This document shows positions 48,784 through 59,654 of a stretch of DNA of 64,000 nt, piece by piece (position 1 is the first letter of the stretch; each line of letters starts with the position of its first letter). This DNA comes from Nemertoderma westbladi. Lineage: Eukaryota > Animalia > Xenacoelomorpha. Location: assembly GCA_032718475.1 (NCBI GenBank), contig JAUCBJ010006043.1, positions 1-64,000 on the forward strand. Direction: 5' to 3'. Both the position numbers and the translations under genes were made by a program. The notes beneath the pieces are model-generated. The model saw nothing but the letters and a program-made list of their open reading frames with translations, was not told where the DNA came from and searched no databases.

Positions 48784-49731
48784 TTGCGCCTTGGCAAGGC
48801 ACCACCTACTGGTGAGCGATCGGGCAGAGTTCGAGATGGCAGGCAAACTAGATGGGAGAGGAGAGAAGCAGAAGAGAGGGAGGAGGAAGCTAGGGCGCAG
48901 AGCTACGGCTTTGAGGAACAAACGACCTTAGACGAACTTCGTTGGGCTTCGTCAGGGAGTTCGGGGGAGTCTCTAGGGAAAGAACTGGGGTGGACGGTGG
49001 GATCACTGAGACAGTCGACGTCGGGATTGCAAGCGATGCCCATACCAGCGGGCGCCGAGGGCGATCAACCGCAAAGGAAGCTAGGGGAGCTTGAGGAATG
49101 GAGAGTTACGGGCAAGAACCAAGGTGGGAAGGGACATAGTGGGTCCACCGAGATACCGGGGTTGGGACCACTGCGAGAGGAGGACGAGGACGACGACGAG
49201 TTCGGAGAGATGCCGCCCATCGAGAGGATAGGCCACTCGGACACGGACTGGGTTGGCGGGAGGGTGGTGACGGCCAGTGGGGCGAGAGCCTTCTGGGACA
49301 AACCCGGCAAGCGGGCCTGGGTGCACGAGGGGCCGGCGATGGATTTCGCCGGGAGCACTATCAGGTTGGGCAAGCAACCGGGGACGGCACCACGGGTAGT
49401 ATTCGGAGAGACGATGCCCGGGAGGGGCGAGGAGATCGACGTAGACAGGGACGCTAACGTCCAGAAGTTCGCCTATCAGCGACTCCACAGACCGCGGAGA
49501 TCGCTTGGGATGAAAGACGACGTGGGGCGGGAGACATTGGTACTCGGTTGCGACTACTGTGGGAGACAGACCCACCAGGAAAGGAGCTGTTTGTACCGGT
49601 TCCAGAAAGGGACCAGCTGTCTCTACTGCCACGAGACGAGCCACAGGATGGGAGCGTGTCCACGGTTGCAGAACCGATGTCCGAAGTGCAACTTTCGGGG
49701 ACACCACGGACGCCAAGGAGGGATGGACTGA
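48784..49731 (+). CDS. Accessory ORF of C (~315 aa) with triple zinc-knuckle module homologous to A's accessory protein
   Basis: GRETLVLGCDYCG..H..SCL..CLYCx4Hx4CPRLQNRCPKCNFRGH; true start uncertain (no early in-frame ATG). Confidence 0.7.
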   Translation: MRLGKAPPTGERSGRVRDGRQTRWERREAEEREEEARAQSYGFEEQTTLDELRWASSGSSGESLGKELGWTVGSLRQSTSGLQAMPIPAGAEGDQPQRKLGELEEWRVTGKNQGGKGHSGSTEIPGLGPLREEDEDDDEFGEMPPIERIGHSDTDWVGGRVVTASGARAFWDKPGKRAWVHEGPAMDFAGSTIRLGKQPGTAPRVVFGETMPGRGEEIDVDRDANVQKFAYQRLHRPRRSLGMKDDVGRETLVLGCDYCGRQTHQERSCLYRFQKGTSCLYCHETSHRMGACPRLQNRCPKCNFRGHHGRQGGMD

Positions 49732-50420
49732 GGCTTTGATGTAGTGCGCCTGGAAGGCGCCACGCGAGACGTGCGAACTATGTACAAATTTAATTAATGT
49801 AAATAATCATATAAGTACAATTTGTATGTACGTACGTAGTAATCAGTAATCTACAAATATATACGTTCGGAGTAAGTACTATAGTCATACAACCTTTCTC
49901 AATTAGCTACTGGGACTGGGGGGTAAACTGACTATGGCACTATGGACGAGACACCAGACGATCTCACACTTCTTGAGTGCGACGGCATGGGAAGGGGGGT
50001 GAGATTCGTCAGAAGGGATGAGGTAGTCAAAGTGGGGTTGAGGGATGGAGTAATAGTGCGGAGTGCGGAGAGAGTGCGGATGCAATTCTAGTGTGGGGGG
50101 GAGGAATAAGAGGCTGAGTGAGGGACAAGGAAGTCCGAGAGTTAGAGCGGGAGAGAGGAGAGTCCATATGAGAGAAGAGTAGAGTCAGGGCGAAAGTGTT
50201 GGGGAAACAAAATCGTGTGAGAGGTGAGCACGGTCGGCCCGACATGGGACGCCAGGCGTACAGGGTAGCATTATCATACCCATAGGGAGCGGCCTGGAAA
50301 GCCGGCTCCGAGAGAAAAGAATTCCACCCCACACCCGATACTAGATCGGGATCCAGCGGGATTGTAGCGCACTTTGAGGTGGATGCTATCTTCTCACCAG
50401 GAAGATAGCATGGGGGGGAG

Positions 50421-50949
50421 TGTTAGCTTATTCAATCCCGCTAACACCCCATAAAGTTAAGCCGATAAGCAATATTGGGGGCCACGAGATTGGGTGATCA
50501 CCAACTCATGTCACCCCAACAAAATGGGAAGGAGAAACACAATAAGGGTCAGGGGCCAAACCCCTAACAGAGAGAGAACAGGTGGAGTGAACGGGAACAC
50601 TCCAAAGGGCGCCAACAAGGGTATCAACCAATCAGAGGGGGGAAAGGCATCGATTAGGTAGAGTAACAAGGCCAACCCGTGCAATATAGCCAGTTGGCAG
50701 TAATCATTTTACTCAGTTATCTCAGTATCATATTGGTGCTAGTTAGGTTAGTTAGTTTAGCTAGGGAAGGACCGGGACTTTAATTACCGTATCCCGCCTT
50801 CCGTGTACGACATCATATATCTATATCTGTATCTTATACCTGAACATTATACGCGACAAACAACGTAAACCCTTTCACTCTTCACACACGGCGGGGACGC
50901 GTGAATTAACAAACCGGATAAACCGGGATCCTCCCTGGATCCCGTCACA
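50421..50949 (+). repeat. 3' LTR of C
   Basis: Direct repeat of 31863-32391, preceded by PPT and followed by TSD. Confidence 0.95.
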
Positions 50950-51025
50950 AACAACCTCTGATTAAAAGTAAATGACTGTCGTGTAGGTAGTGTACCAATA
51001 TTCAGTATTCTTAATCATAGAACTT

Positions 51026-51122
51026 AGATAGATAGATAGATAGATTTATTTATACATTATGTAAAAACAATAACAAATACACCAAACAATGTACCGGTAT
51101 AAAGGTATTGTCCAACATAACA
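51026..51122 (-). mobile_element. Extreme 3' stub of the CR1-group LINE seen at 6581-8570
   Basis: (AGAT)n followed by TTTATTTATACATTATGTAAAAACAATAACAAATACACC...CCAACATAAC, matching 6581-6670. Confidence 0.9.
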
Positions 51123-51552
51123 CATAGACTATGCCTCAGTGAGGCATAGTCTAAGCCTCAGTGAGTCATAGTCTATGCCTCAGTGAGGCATAGTCTATGC
51201 CTCAGTGAGTCATAGTCTATGCCTCAGTGCCCCAGTGAGGCATAGTCTATGCCTCAGTGAGGCATAGTCTATGCCTCAGTGAGTCATAGTCTATGCCTCA
51301 GTGCCTCAGTGAGGCATAGTCTATGCCTCAGTGCCTCAGTGAAGCATAGTCTATGCCTCAGTGAGTCATAGTCTATGCCTCAGTGCCTCAGTGAGGCAGA
51401 GTCTATGCCTCAGTGAGGCATAGTCTATGCCTCAGTGCCTCAATGAGGCATAGTCTATGCCTCAGTGAGGCATAGTCTATGCCTCAGTGCCTCAATGAGG
51501 CATAGTCTATGCCTCAGTGAGTCATAGTCTATGCCTCAGTGAGGCATAGTCT
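51123..51552. repeat. 22/30-bp quasi-palindromic minisatellite
   Basis: (CATAGTCTATGCCTCAGTGAGG)n with variants carrying an extra 8 bp (GCCTCAGT). Confidence 0.92.
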
Positions 51553-51614
51553 GTGTCAGGTCTTAAATGAGAGTCTTACAAATTCGAACGTCAACGAACA
51601 AATTCGATGGTTAC

Positions 51615-51690
51615 TGTTACACTTTGGTGTAGTGGTTGCATTAAATTCACATCTCCCGTATGTCATGGGTTCGATCCCTGCATGAACCAG
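51615..51690 (+). mobile_element. tRNA-derived SINE head or tRNA pseudogene
   Basis: A-box-like TGGTGTAGTGG (51625-51635) and B-box GGTTCGATCCC (51668-51678); no complete cloverleaf. Confidence 0.45.
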
Positions 51691-51953
51691 GGCAGTTTTC
51701 GTTCGGTCAGCAATAGGCCTAACGTTGCAAAATGTAGTATTATTGCCTAGTAACCAATTCATGGCTACCATATGGTTTTCACTTTGAGACATTTCGCCCT
51801 CTAGCGGCAGACTGGGGAACTTCAGACTACTCTGTGACTCCGCAAAAAATATAGCCCATATTGTAATAGATACCGATTGAGGGGTCAAAATTAAGTAATA
51901 ATATATCTAAATAAGTCTCAAACATCTTGCCTCATGGCTCGCCCCTTAGAACT

Positions 51954-53083
51954 TGTTCGCGCTTTTAGACCTAATTTAGGTGTCTTTTAGTTTGTAAATC
52001 GACTTTAGCCTACGACGAGTATTTGATACACTACATTAGCCGAAGCCAGCCTATGCGCGATCATTCACCCGCTGGATATACCCGGGAGACTGGATTCGGG
52101 GGCTCTGACCTTATTGCGGTGTAGGCCTATTGTATTATTCGATTGATCGTTAATATATAATCTCTGACAAATATTATTCACTTTTGGGAAATATTAACAG
52201 TTCCCTTTGGACGTGGCGCTCTAAATATATAAACAGAGCTATGACTTACACTAAACACAACGGGATGGCTAATGATTCACGTATAAGGCGCATTCTTTAG
52301 GAGATGCTTTGTTATCTGTCACAGTCATGCACACTACCGGTACCGCACAATACTGCACACTGATCTGCCGACCTTCACTAATTTTAGTCACATATAAAGA
52401 GAACAGCAATTGACCCATGTAGTAACTATGAAATAGCATTAGATTCACTCCAAAACCAATATCATATAAGTCGCAATTGCTATATGTAACCGGTCTCTTA
52501 CCTTCAGTATATCAAGAAGATGGGGTTTTATGATTATTTCTTGATATTATCCAAATATAACAATTTTCCATCAACAGATACAATTAATAACCGACAGTAA
52601 ATAGCAGTAAAATAATGCGGTGAAAGATATGTATAGCATTTGACAGGCAGGATAACAGTTATACGTTCCGGTAATCAAAGCCGTTCTAATGTTTTGGCTA
52701 AAGTCTGAAACAGAATAATTCCATAGCCGATGTTCATGGCATCAGGAAAACCAACACACTGAAACCTGTGGGCTGTTGTAGGCAGCTTTCAACACAAAGA
52801 GAAATAGCTCTCATTGGCAGAACTCCAGATTCTATAGGTTCCACGAACGTCTAAATGCCAAACCTCCCTAGCCTTTGCAGCCCATAGCCAACACAAGGCT
52901 AAATCGCTCTGATTGGTCGATCATTGTTCTGATTGGTTAATCGAACAGAACAAACAGCAAATCGGCCAATCAGCCAGCAGAATGCATCACTCGAGCAAGG
53001 CAGTTTTAGAGTATTTGAGCGCATTGAGGGAAAACTGGATTGCGGAGAAAAAGGGCCAGTTACATCCTGCAAAAGCTTTTACA
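51954..53083 (-). repeat. 3' LTR of E
   Basis: Direct repeat of 61932-63093 with two short indels and scattered substitutions. Confidence 0.93.
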
Positions 53084-53302
53084 CCGCTCCCAGAAAATGG
53101 GATTTAATTCTATAAAATATAAAAAATCACAGTTTCTAAAATATAAAAATACTCTAAACAGTCAGTCTCTCCCGCGCGGACGGCGTTTACGCAGTTTTTT
53201 GAGGCTAGCGAGAGTCCTTTTCTCTTTGGGGCGAGCCACTTTACTAGGAGGGCTATAACTCCTGGGCGAAGGGTGCAATACCATTGCATCAGAAGGTTAG
53301 GG

Positions 53303-54488
53303 TTACGGTCTGTGTCTCGTCCATTTCGATATGCTTCTCCTCGAGCTGATTTTCCTCCGCTTGTCGTTGGATGTGTCCGTCCAAAAATTCTCGCGGAGAA
53401 TAGGGTCGTCCAAGTTCGATAACTTCTTAGAGATTCTGGTCACTCTGGTGACAGGTTGTATCGGTGTTAAACCGGGACGATGGCAAGGGTCAAACGGCGA
53501 CATTAAATGTCCGCATCCCAATCCGGCTAGGTAGGATGGGCTAATATCTAGGAAGACCACAACCGGGGTGCCACCGACTAACTCTTCAGGTAACACTAGA
53601 TCTTTGAACAGTGAGTACAGCTCGGGAGGATCCGTCATACTAATAGGATCAAGAGTCTGAGGTCTCACTAGGGAATGAGGAGGTCTGATCGAGTATTCCG
53701 GAACTCTGATCATTGGTTTATTTAAGGATCGTCTGAGTCGAACGAGCGTAGGTGATACGTCAAACAAATTTCGCTCGAAACTCCCGTAAGTATAGCGAGT
53801 AAAACCGTGTTTAGTGCAACGTCTCCGCGGATGTTTAGGTCTTTCCGTTTGTTGGTTGGGTCTAGGGCACCATCGCAATAATACCAAAGATGCACGTCTT
53901 GTAGGGGAAACGCGAGTGATCTCTCTCCAGTTCACAACACTCCCCCATCTGCTCGAAGCCATCTGGTACAACAGGTAGCGGTCGATCGGCGGTAAGATAC
54001 ATCATAGTGGAACAGAGCCGCTTGAGTTCCACCATGCGGTCATGATGTATACCTTGAGGATATCGAGTTTCTAGATTCTGTTGACTGGTAATATTGAGAT
54101 ATGTTTCTCTCAAGAATTCCAGATATTTGTTGAAGTCGCTGCGTTTATCCGGCTCTTCAACATCTTCACTTTCGAGTCGGTTTCGAATAGAATTTTCGTG
54201 TTCGAGTCTCAGTTTATCGTTCCGCTTCCGCTGGGTATGATATTTAAATAAAACCATTTCCCTTTCGGTGTCTATATCGTCCGTATCGTGTAGGTCGATA
54301 GGATGACCAGTAGTTAAGAAGTCCATATACGTACCATTACGATGCGTATAGCGAGCGGTGAATTTTCTATAGTCCAACTCACGCGTGAGCTGCTCTTGGG
54401 ACATTGGTGGTTCAATATAACGACCATCGTCCTCCGCAGCAGTTGGACCAGCATCGCCGCGTATTAAGCTATCAACAAACGCCTGCAA
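53303..54488 (-). other. Possible accessory coding region of E (two overlapping ORFs, 208 and 222 aa), function unknown
   Basis: GC-richer, sense-strand ORFs between pol remnant and PPT; no recognisable motif, no upstream in-frame ATG. Confidence 0.4.
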
Positions 54489-56183
54489 CGGTAGAGTATA
54501 TCTCCCCTGACACCAAGATCATCTTCTATCAACTCAGTCATATCTGCTATATGAGTTTATTAATATTATAATGAGTTTATATTTAGGCTAGCGGGCGTCG
54601 CTGCCTACCCCTCTCTGCCCCCGGACAGTGCAAGATCCTCAGCGCTGGTGTACTTTCGCCGATGTGCCTATCGCCAACGTCGTAGCTGCACAACGACCAC
54701 AACAACCAGCACGAGTCACTCCACCGTCCGTCCCAAAGGCTTAGATATACTTCAGGTTCTTACTGGAGTTAGGGCTACTTTCACAATTGCGACTCGCTAC
54801 TGTAAACACACTTTAGTAGTAACATTCACCTATAAACGCACAAATTCCACACAACTGTCACAAACCGCACATATTCGGGCCATTTGTCCTTTAGTCAGTG
54901 CCTTCCAGAATGCCACGTTATTATTGGGTATCCTGGGATACTAGCAATGTGCTATTTATTCCTTATGCTATTCAATGGGCAAGCTTTATTGTTCTTTTAA
55001 CTCACTTCTAATTCTAGTGTGGTTGTTGCCATGGTGACATTATGGAAAGCTAGCGGTAGAATTAGGGTAATTCTCATACATACAGATCTGGGATGCTATT
55101 TAATAGTAATTATTTAATTCTCAATATTTCTCTTTATACATGATTTTATGAATTTTATCGGCTATTGACTATATATTGGAGATTCTCGCACACTAATATA
55201 CTTAATAGGGTGAATCTCCACTCCCATGATCTATTAATTGGAATCTATTAATTTATGGAATTTTGGGAATGTTATAAATTGTATAAAAATGACAATTTAT
55301 CAAATTCATTAAAATATGAATTTAAATTTATTCCCGTAAATTTTATTATTTAATATTAAATAGACACAATTTTATTCCAGAACATGTCTGGGGACTAGGA
55401 TCCTTGATTCTAGGAAATTGGTCTTTTTAAGAATATCGGTAAGTGCTACGATATCTTAATAGACTAGAATTTTAAAGGATCTAAAATTTGACAGATTTTG
55501 TAAATATTAATAATTAATATTTAGGATGGGCACCAGTTTATTCCAGAACTTGTCTGGGGACGTTAACCACTGATTCTAGAATTTTGTCTTTCAAGTATAT
55601 CGGTGGGTGCCGCGATATCTTAATCGACTAGAATTGCAGATGGTCAAAGGGTTTAACAGATTTATTTGCGTTGTATGCTACTGTTAAAGGGACATCACGC
55701 TACTATATGTATTATTTAATATACGGTATGAGAGCAATATCGCACGAAGCAATGTCAGTGAGAAGAGGCAAGTCGTTTCCAAGGTCTACCCAGAGATTGG
55801 TTTAGCCGAGACACGAGGATCTGAACTTTGCATTCCAAATACTCTGCTTACCAATAATACTTGAATATAGTAGGAGCTTTATTGTACTTTAATAAGTACG
55901 GATATTTATCTTACTGTAGTCACGTATTTATAATGTAATACGGACAGTAAGGAAAGAGAAAAAGAATTATTTCTCGCCGTCGCACTAAATATAATATACA
56001 GGTAATTAAGTAATAAACGCTAATATATATTGCACTAATCTACTAAATAATCGCTAAAATAACATTCTACTAAATAAAATTAAAGAAAACGATTATAATA
56101 AAATTACATAATAATACATACATAATATAAAATAATAAAAATAAATATAAAATAATATAGTCACACACCCACTCCGTATGTTG

Positions 56184-56486
56184 TTACGTTATGGAGTCCC
56201 TAGATATTTGTTGGATTAGGGAGGTGGTCGTGGGAAGAGTATCTTTCCTTCCATAGTTTCCGGACAGTTTTCGGTCTCTTTCCAGTAAACATAAACGACC
56301 AGCTGGGCGATTGAGTGGTTGTGTTACTTTCTCCGCTCCCTTGGCCTGTCTAATCTTCGCCGGGGTAAGATGAGGAGGCCATTCATCTTCTTTACTTAGG
56401 AAGTCGGGTCCACCTAACCGGTCTGGAGCATCTGTCAGTTCTTGAGGAGTTGCTCCTCTGGAAGCGATGTCGGCTAGATTAATCGT
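56184..56486 (-). pseudogene. Fused RNaseH C-terminus and integrase C-terminus remnant of E
   Basis: Same frame after the TAG: TINLADIASRG..GGPDFLSKEDEWP..AKGAEKV joined to RPAGRLCLLE. Confidence 0.8.
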
Positions 56487-59400
56487 CTAGGGGCAATGTC
56501 TCCATTGATCTACATTGGAGTTAATATCGTCATTATCTGAGGAGTATGGTGTTCCCTCAGTTGGGTCGTCAACTTCACTGCTCTCCACTTCCCATTCACT
56601 TAATTGATATACCTGTTCTTTTGGTAATCTTTCCATTAGAGTTCTACGGGAAGGGCCAGTAAAGTACCAACCTACTCTAGTTCTTCCCGCATAGACTTGT
56701 AATGGTTGCGGTTGAGCAGGCCGTTTCTCCAATGTCTCAAGCGCTTCATGCCCATTTTGGCCGATGAGTATTTGCACTCCAGGGTAATCTGTGTTGAATC
56801 TAGGTATATTAAGCTGCTGGGTGGAATCGTCCTCATCCCAGTTATAAGGTTCTACTTGGCTGGTAGCGAAGTTCTTTATCGCCACCATTTTTACTGACCT
56901 TATACTATGTTCTCCTAGTTCATCCTGGGGGGTGGACAACGCACCTACATAATAATCCGCTATTACTGTAGATTTCCAAACCTGCATAATTCCTGACATG
57001 TTTAACTTAGTTCGGAACTTGGGTTGTCCAGCAAAGATGTCTTCGGCTAGTTCTTTGTCGATGAATGTTCCTGTGCTACCGGAGTCAAGGAGGGCGTTCA
57101 CTATATAACTCCTTTTAGGTCCGTGGACCCTTAATTGCACTACAGGAAATTCACGGATTCCTACATTGGAAGTTGGCGCTTTCCAAGATGGTTGTCGATC
57201 AGATGTAGTTAGGGTGAGGTCGCAGTCTGTGTCTTTTTCATACGTAAGTGCTCGATACACTGCGGTATTTATCAGGTAACAGGATTCGTTTTCGTTGGAG
57301 AATTCGTCCGTATAGAATCCTTCCATCTCAGAACATTGGTCAGTGTCGTTCACATCACTGAATTGGACATGTAGTTCGGACTCACTTACCTGACTCGGGC
57401 TGTTTCGTTCGAATTCCGTGTGCAACAAGATATGATGTTTTGCGCCGCACTTTGCACACCTTGCGTCGGAGTAACAGGTTCGCCGTTGGTGTCCTCGTCT
57501 GAGGCAATTATAACACAACCGCTTATCCCACATGACTTCACGTCTGTCCTTTAGTGATTTCCTCAGGAATTCATCACACGCACTTAAACGGTGGGGCCCG
57601 TCGCACAGCACACATTTTGGTTTGATGTTACTTACCTTACTTTGAGTAACGTTGTGCACACTCGTTCTTTCTTCGGGCTTTCTTACATGAATTTTCTTAG
57701 GAGACGTAGGAGGAGTTTTTCTTACCTGTTCTCTCCTGTCATTGGTTCGAGACTTGAATTTACTTACGTCCTTAGGCGCTGTGTTGTCATAGTAAGATCT
57801 TTCAGTGTCTTTCCCGCTGTCTTCCTCTTGAGAAGCCTGGCTTTCGCCATCGTCTGTATAACACACTGGTATTACCTTTCTCCTAGAAACGGGTTTCTCA
57901 CTTACCTTATTTTCCGGTGTCTTCTCTCTGGACTGTTTTAGAAGCTGTAATTTTACCTCTCCATCTAAGAATGACATGAGATCAGGCATGGTAGGGTCTC
58001 TTCGTTGTTGTTCCATCATATATAACACTTTCTTGTCCCAGCGTGTACCTACTCCACCCTTGGGCAAAGTAGATGCTAAGGCTCCTACAACCATAGAATT
58101 CTGGTATTCATGAGACTTACCTAACCAATCTAGTTGTCTACAGATCTCTTGAATCTCATCGGAAAACTCTATAATCCCGCTGCTAAGAAACTTTCGGGGC
58201 GCCATTAATTTCGCATATAAATACCTAGCTATGTTATTCCTATTACCATACCTGATGTTTAGGGTATCCCAAACTTGTCTTAATCCATCGGGATGTCCAA
58301 TAAACTTTAACGCCATTAACTTGGGAGATCCTTCCAAGCACTCGATGAGGAATCTAAGTTTCTCTCCGTTAGATAGCACAGAGTTCTGTATGTTATCTTT
58401 GTAATATTCATTAAAAGGTAACCATTTCATCTCATCTCCATTGAACTTGACGATCTCTCCCACCTTTACCGCTTGACGGGCTTCGGTTCTAGCCATTTGA
58501 CGCGTAAAACTTTCTTGGGCCATCGTATTATTTAATATCGAGTTATCGGTATATAAATTTCTCGGATTATTATCAAGTCTATATGGAATATCACTGTCAA
58601 CAGGTTTATAATTACCCTTAATAGGGTTTACTATAGGAGTTTCTACTTCACTAGCAGTATAGATGCATGTAGGCTCCACACCTTGCGCATGAAATACTTC
58701 AGACCTAACAGGTTGACACATTGTTACAGGGGGTGGTGGTATACCCTTTTGTGTATTTACTAATTTATCGAGTTCTAACGCGATACTTTGCTGCACTTCT
58801 TGCAACGCTAACCTACCCTCTCTTACTGCTCCCTTTAACTGCTGAACAGTCCCTTCCAACTCCCGGACCTGCTGGGAGGAACATTTACAATGTTCCCTCA
58901 GCTGCCCGAGCAGGAGACCCATCTCCCGTCGTCCCTCAGCTACCCACTCGACCGCCGAAGAGGGAGTCGCCAACATAGTAGCGGGCAAGCGAGAGACGAC
59001 GGGCGATAAATTCTTGATATCTCGCTCGGCGTCCAGGATGGGTTCGGACTCGGGAACAGTCCTACTGGGCACAGGTAGTTTTGTGCTGTGCAAAGGGAAT
59101 TTAGAGGTAGGTTCTGGGAGTACAGGTGTCTCTATCACCGAAGGGGTGGCTTCGAGAACAGGCCTAATTATTTCAGGCTCATCTACTATAGTAGGGAGTC
59201 TTTCTACTGTAATAATTTGGTCTGTGGGTTCTGTACCACAGCGAGTTCTGTAATACACTGGATAGTCTACACTATCCAGTTGCATTCTCACCTCAGGAGG
59301 TACCGTCCGCTTGAGCATCCGTCTACGTCCGCTTGAACGAGATTTATTACCTCTACCTTCGGGATCTCTTATATCACCTTCATCGGAGGAGGCAAATCCC

Positions 59401-59654
59401 TGTCTTCTGGTTTGTTTCTTCAAGTAATCTTGTTTCGCCTGAAGGTTTTCCAGCTCTAGTTGGGTAGTCGCTTCAGACGCCTTCCGTTCTGCTTCTGCCA
59501 CTGCCTCTGCCGCTTTTCTTTCCGCTTCTGCCGCTGCTACTTTTCTTTCCGCTTCTTTTCTGTCTTCTATCCTTTCAAGACACTGTCCAAGTCGAAGACT
59601 CATTCTAACACCTTTCAAAAGACTATCTGACAGTGCCCGTTTTGTGTCAGACAT
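56487..59654 (-). CDS. Gag-protease of E (1055 aa, intact)
   Basis: Coiled coil, IVKFNGD..EKLRFL (DUF1759-type), CVLC..HRLSAC, CYNCLRRGHQRRTC, CAKC..HHILLH, protease LLDSGS; ends fused to RNaseH remnant DQWRHCP. Confidence 0.9.
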   Translation of the reverse strand: MSDTKRALSDSLLKGVRMSLRLGQCLERIEDRKEAERKVAAAEAERKAAEAVAEAERKASEATTQLELENLQAKQDYLKKQTRRQGFASSDEGDIRDPEGRGNKSRSSGRRRMLKRTVPPEVRMQLDSVDYPVYYRTRCGTEPTDQIITVERLPTIVDEPEIIRPVLEATPSVIETPVLPEPTSKFPLHSTKLPVPSRTVPESEPILDAERDIKNLSPVVSRLPATMLATPSSAVEWVAEGRREMGLLLGQLREHCKCSSQQVRELEGTVQQLKGAVREGRLALQEVQQSIALELDKLVNTQKGIPPPPVTMCQPVRSEVFHAQGVEPTCIYTASEVETPIVNPIKGNYKPVDSDIPYRLDNNPRNLYTDNSILNNTMAQESFTRQMARTEARQAVKVGEIVKFNGDEMKWLPFNEYYKDNIQNSVLSNGEKLRFLIECLEGSPKLMALKFIGHPDGLRQVWDTLNIRYGNRNNIARYLYAKLMAPRKFLSSGIIEFSDEIQEICRQLDWLGKSHEYQNSMVVGALASTLPKGGVGTRWDKKVLYMMEQQRRDPTMPDLMSFLDGEVKLQLLKQSREKTPENKVSEKPVSRRKVIPVCYTDDGESQASQEEDSGKDTERSYYDNTAPKDVSKFKSRTNDRREQVRKTPPTSPKKIHVRKPEERTSVHNVTQSKVSNIKPKCVLCDGPHRLSACDEFLRKSLKDRREVMWDKRLCYNCLRRGHQRRTCYSDARCAKCGAKHHILLHTEFERNSPSQVSESELHVQFSDVNDTDQCSEMEGFYTDEFSNENESCYLINTAVYRALTYEKDTDCDLTLTTSDRQPSWKAPTSNVGIREFPVVQLRVHGPKRSYIVNALLDSGSTGTFIDKELAEDIFAGQPKFRTKLNMSGIMQVWKSTVIADYYVGALSTPQDELGEHSIRSVKMVAIKNFATSQVEPYNWDEDDSTQQLNIPRFNTDYPGVQILIGQNGHEALETLEKRPAQPQPLQVYAGRTRVGWYFTGPSRRTLMERLPKEQVYQLSEWEVESSEVDDPTEGTPYSSDNDDINSNVDQWRHCP

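Larger units (their letters stand above)
31863..50949 (+). mobile_element. Complete BEL/Pao element C (~12.5 kb without nested D), with accessory ORF
   Basis: Two 529-bp TG..CA LTRs, TSD AACAA (31858-31862, 50950-50954), PPT GGGGGGGAG (50412-50420), gag-PR-RT-RH-IN order. Confidence 0.95.

Noticed and set aside
51615-51690. Functional tRNA gene
   Set aside because: A and B boxes are present but acceptor and anticodon stems do not pair
52913-53258. Small ORFs duplicated at 62910-63245
   Set aside because: They lie in the LTRs of E and are duplicated only because the LTR is
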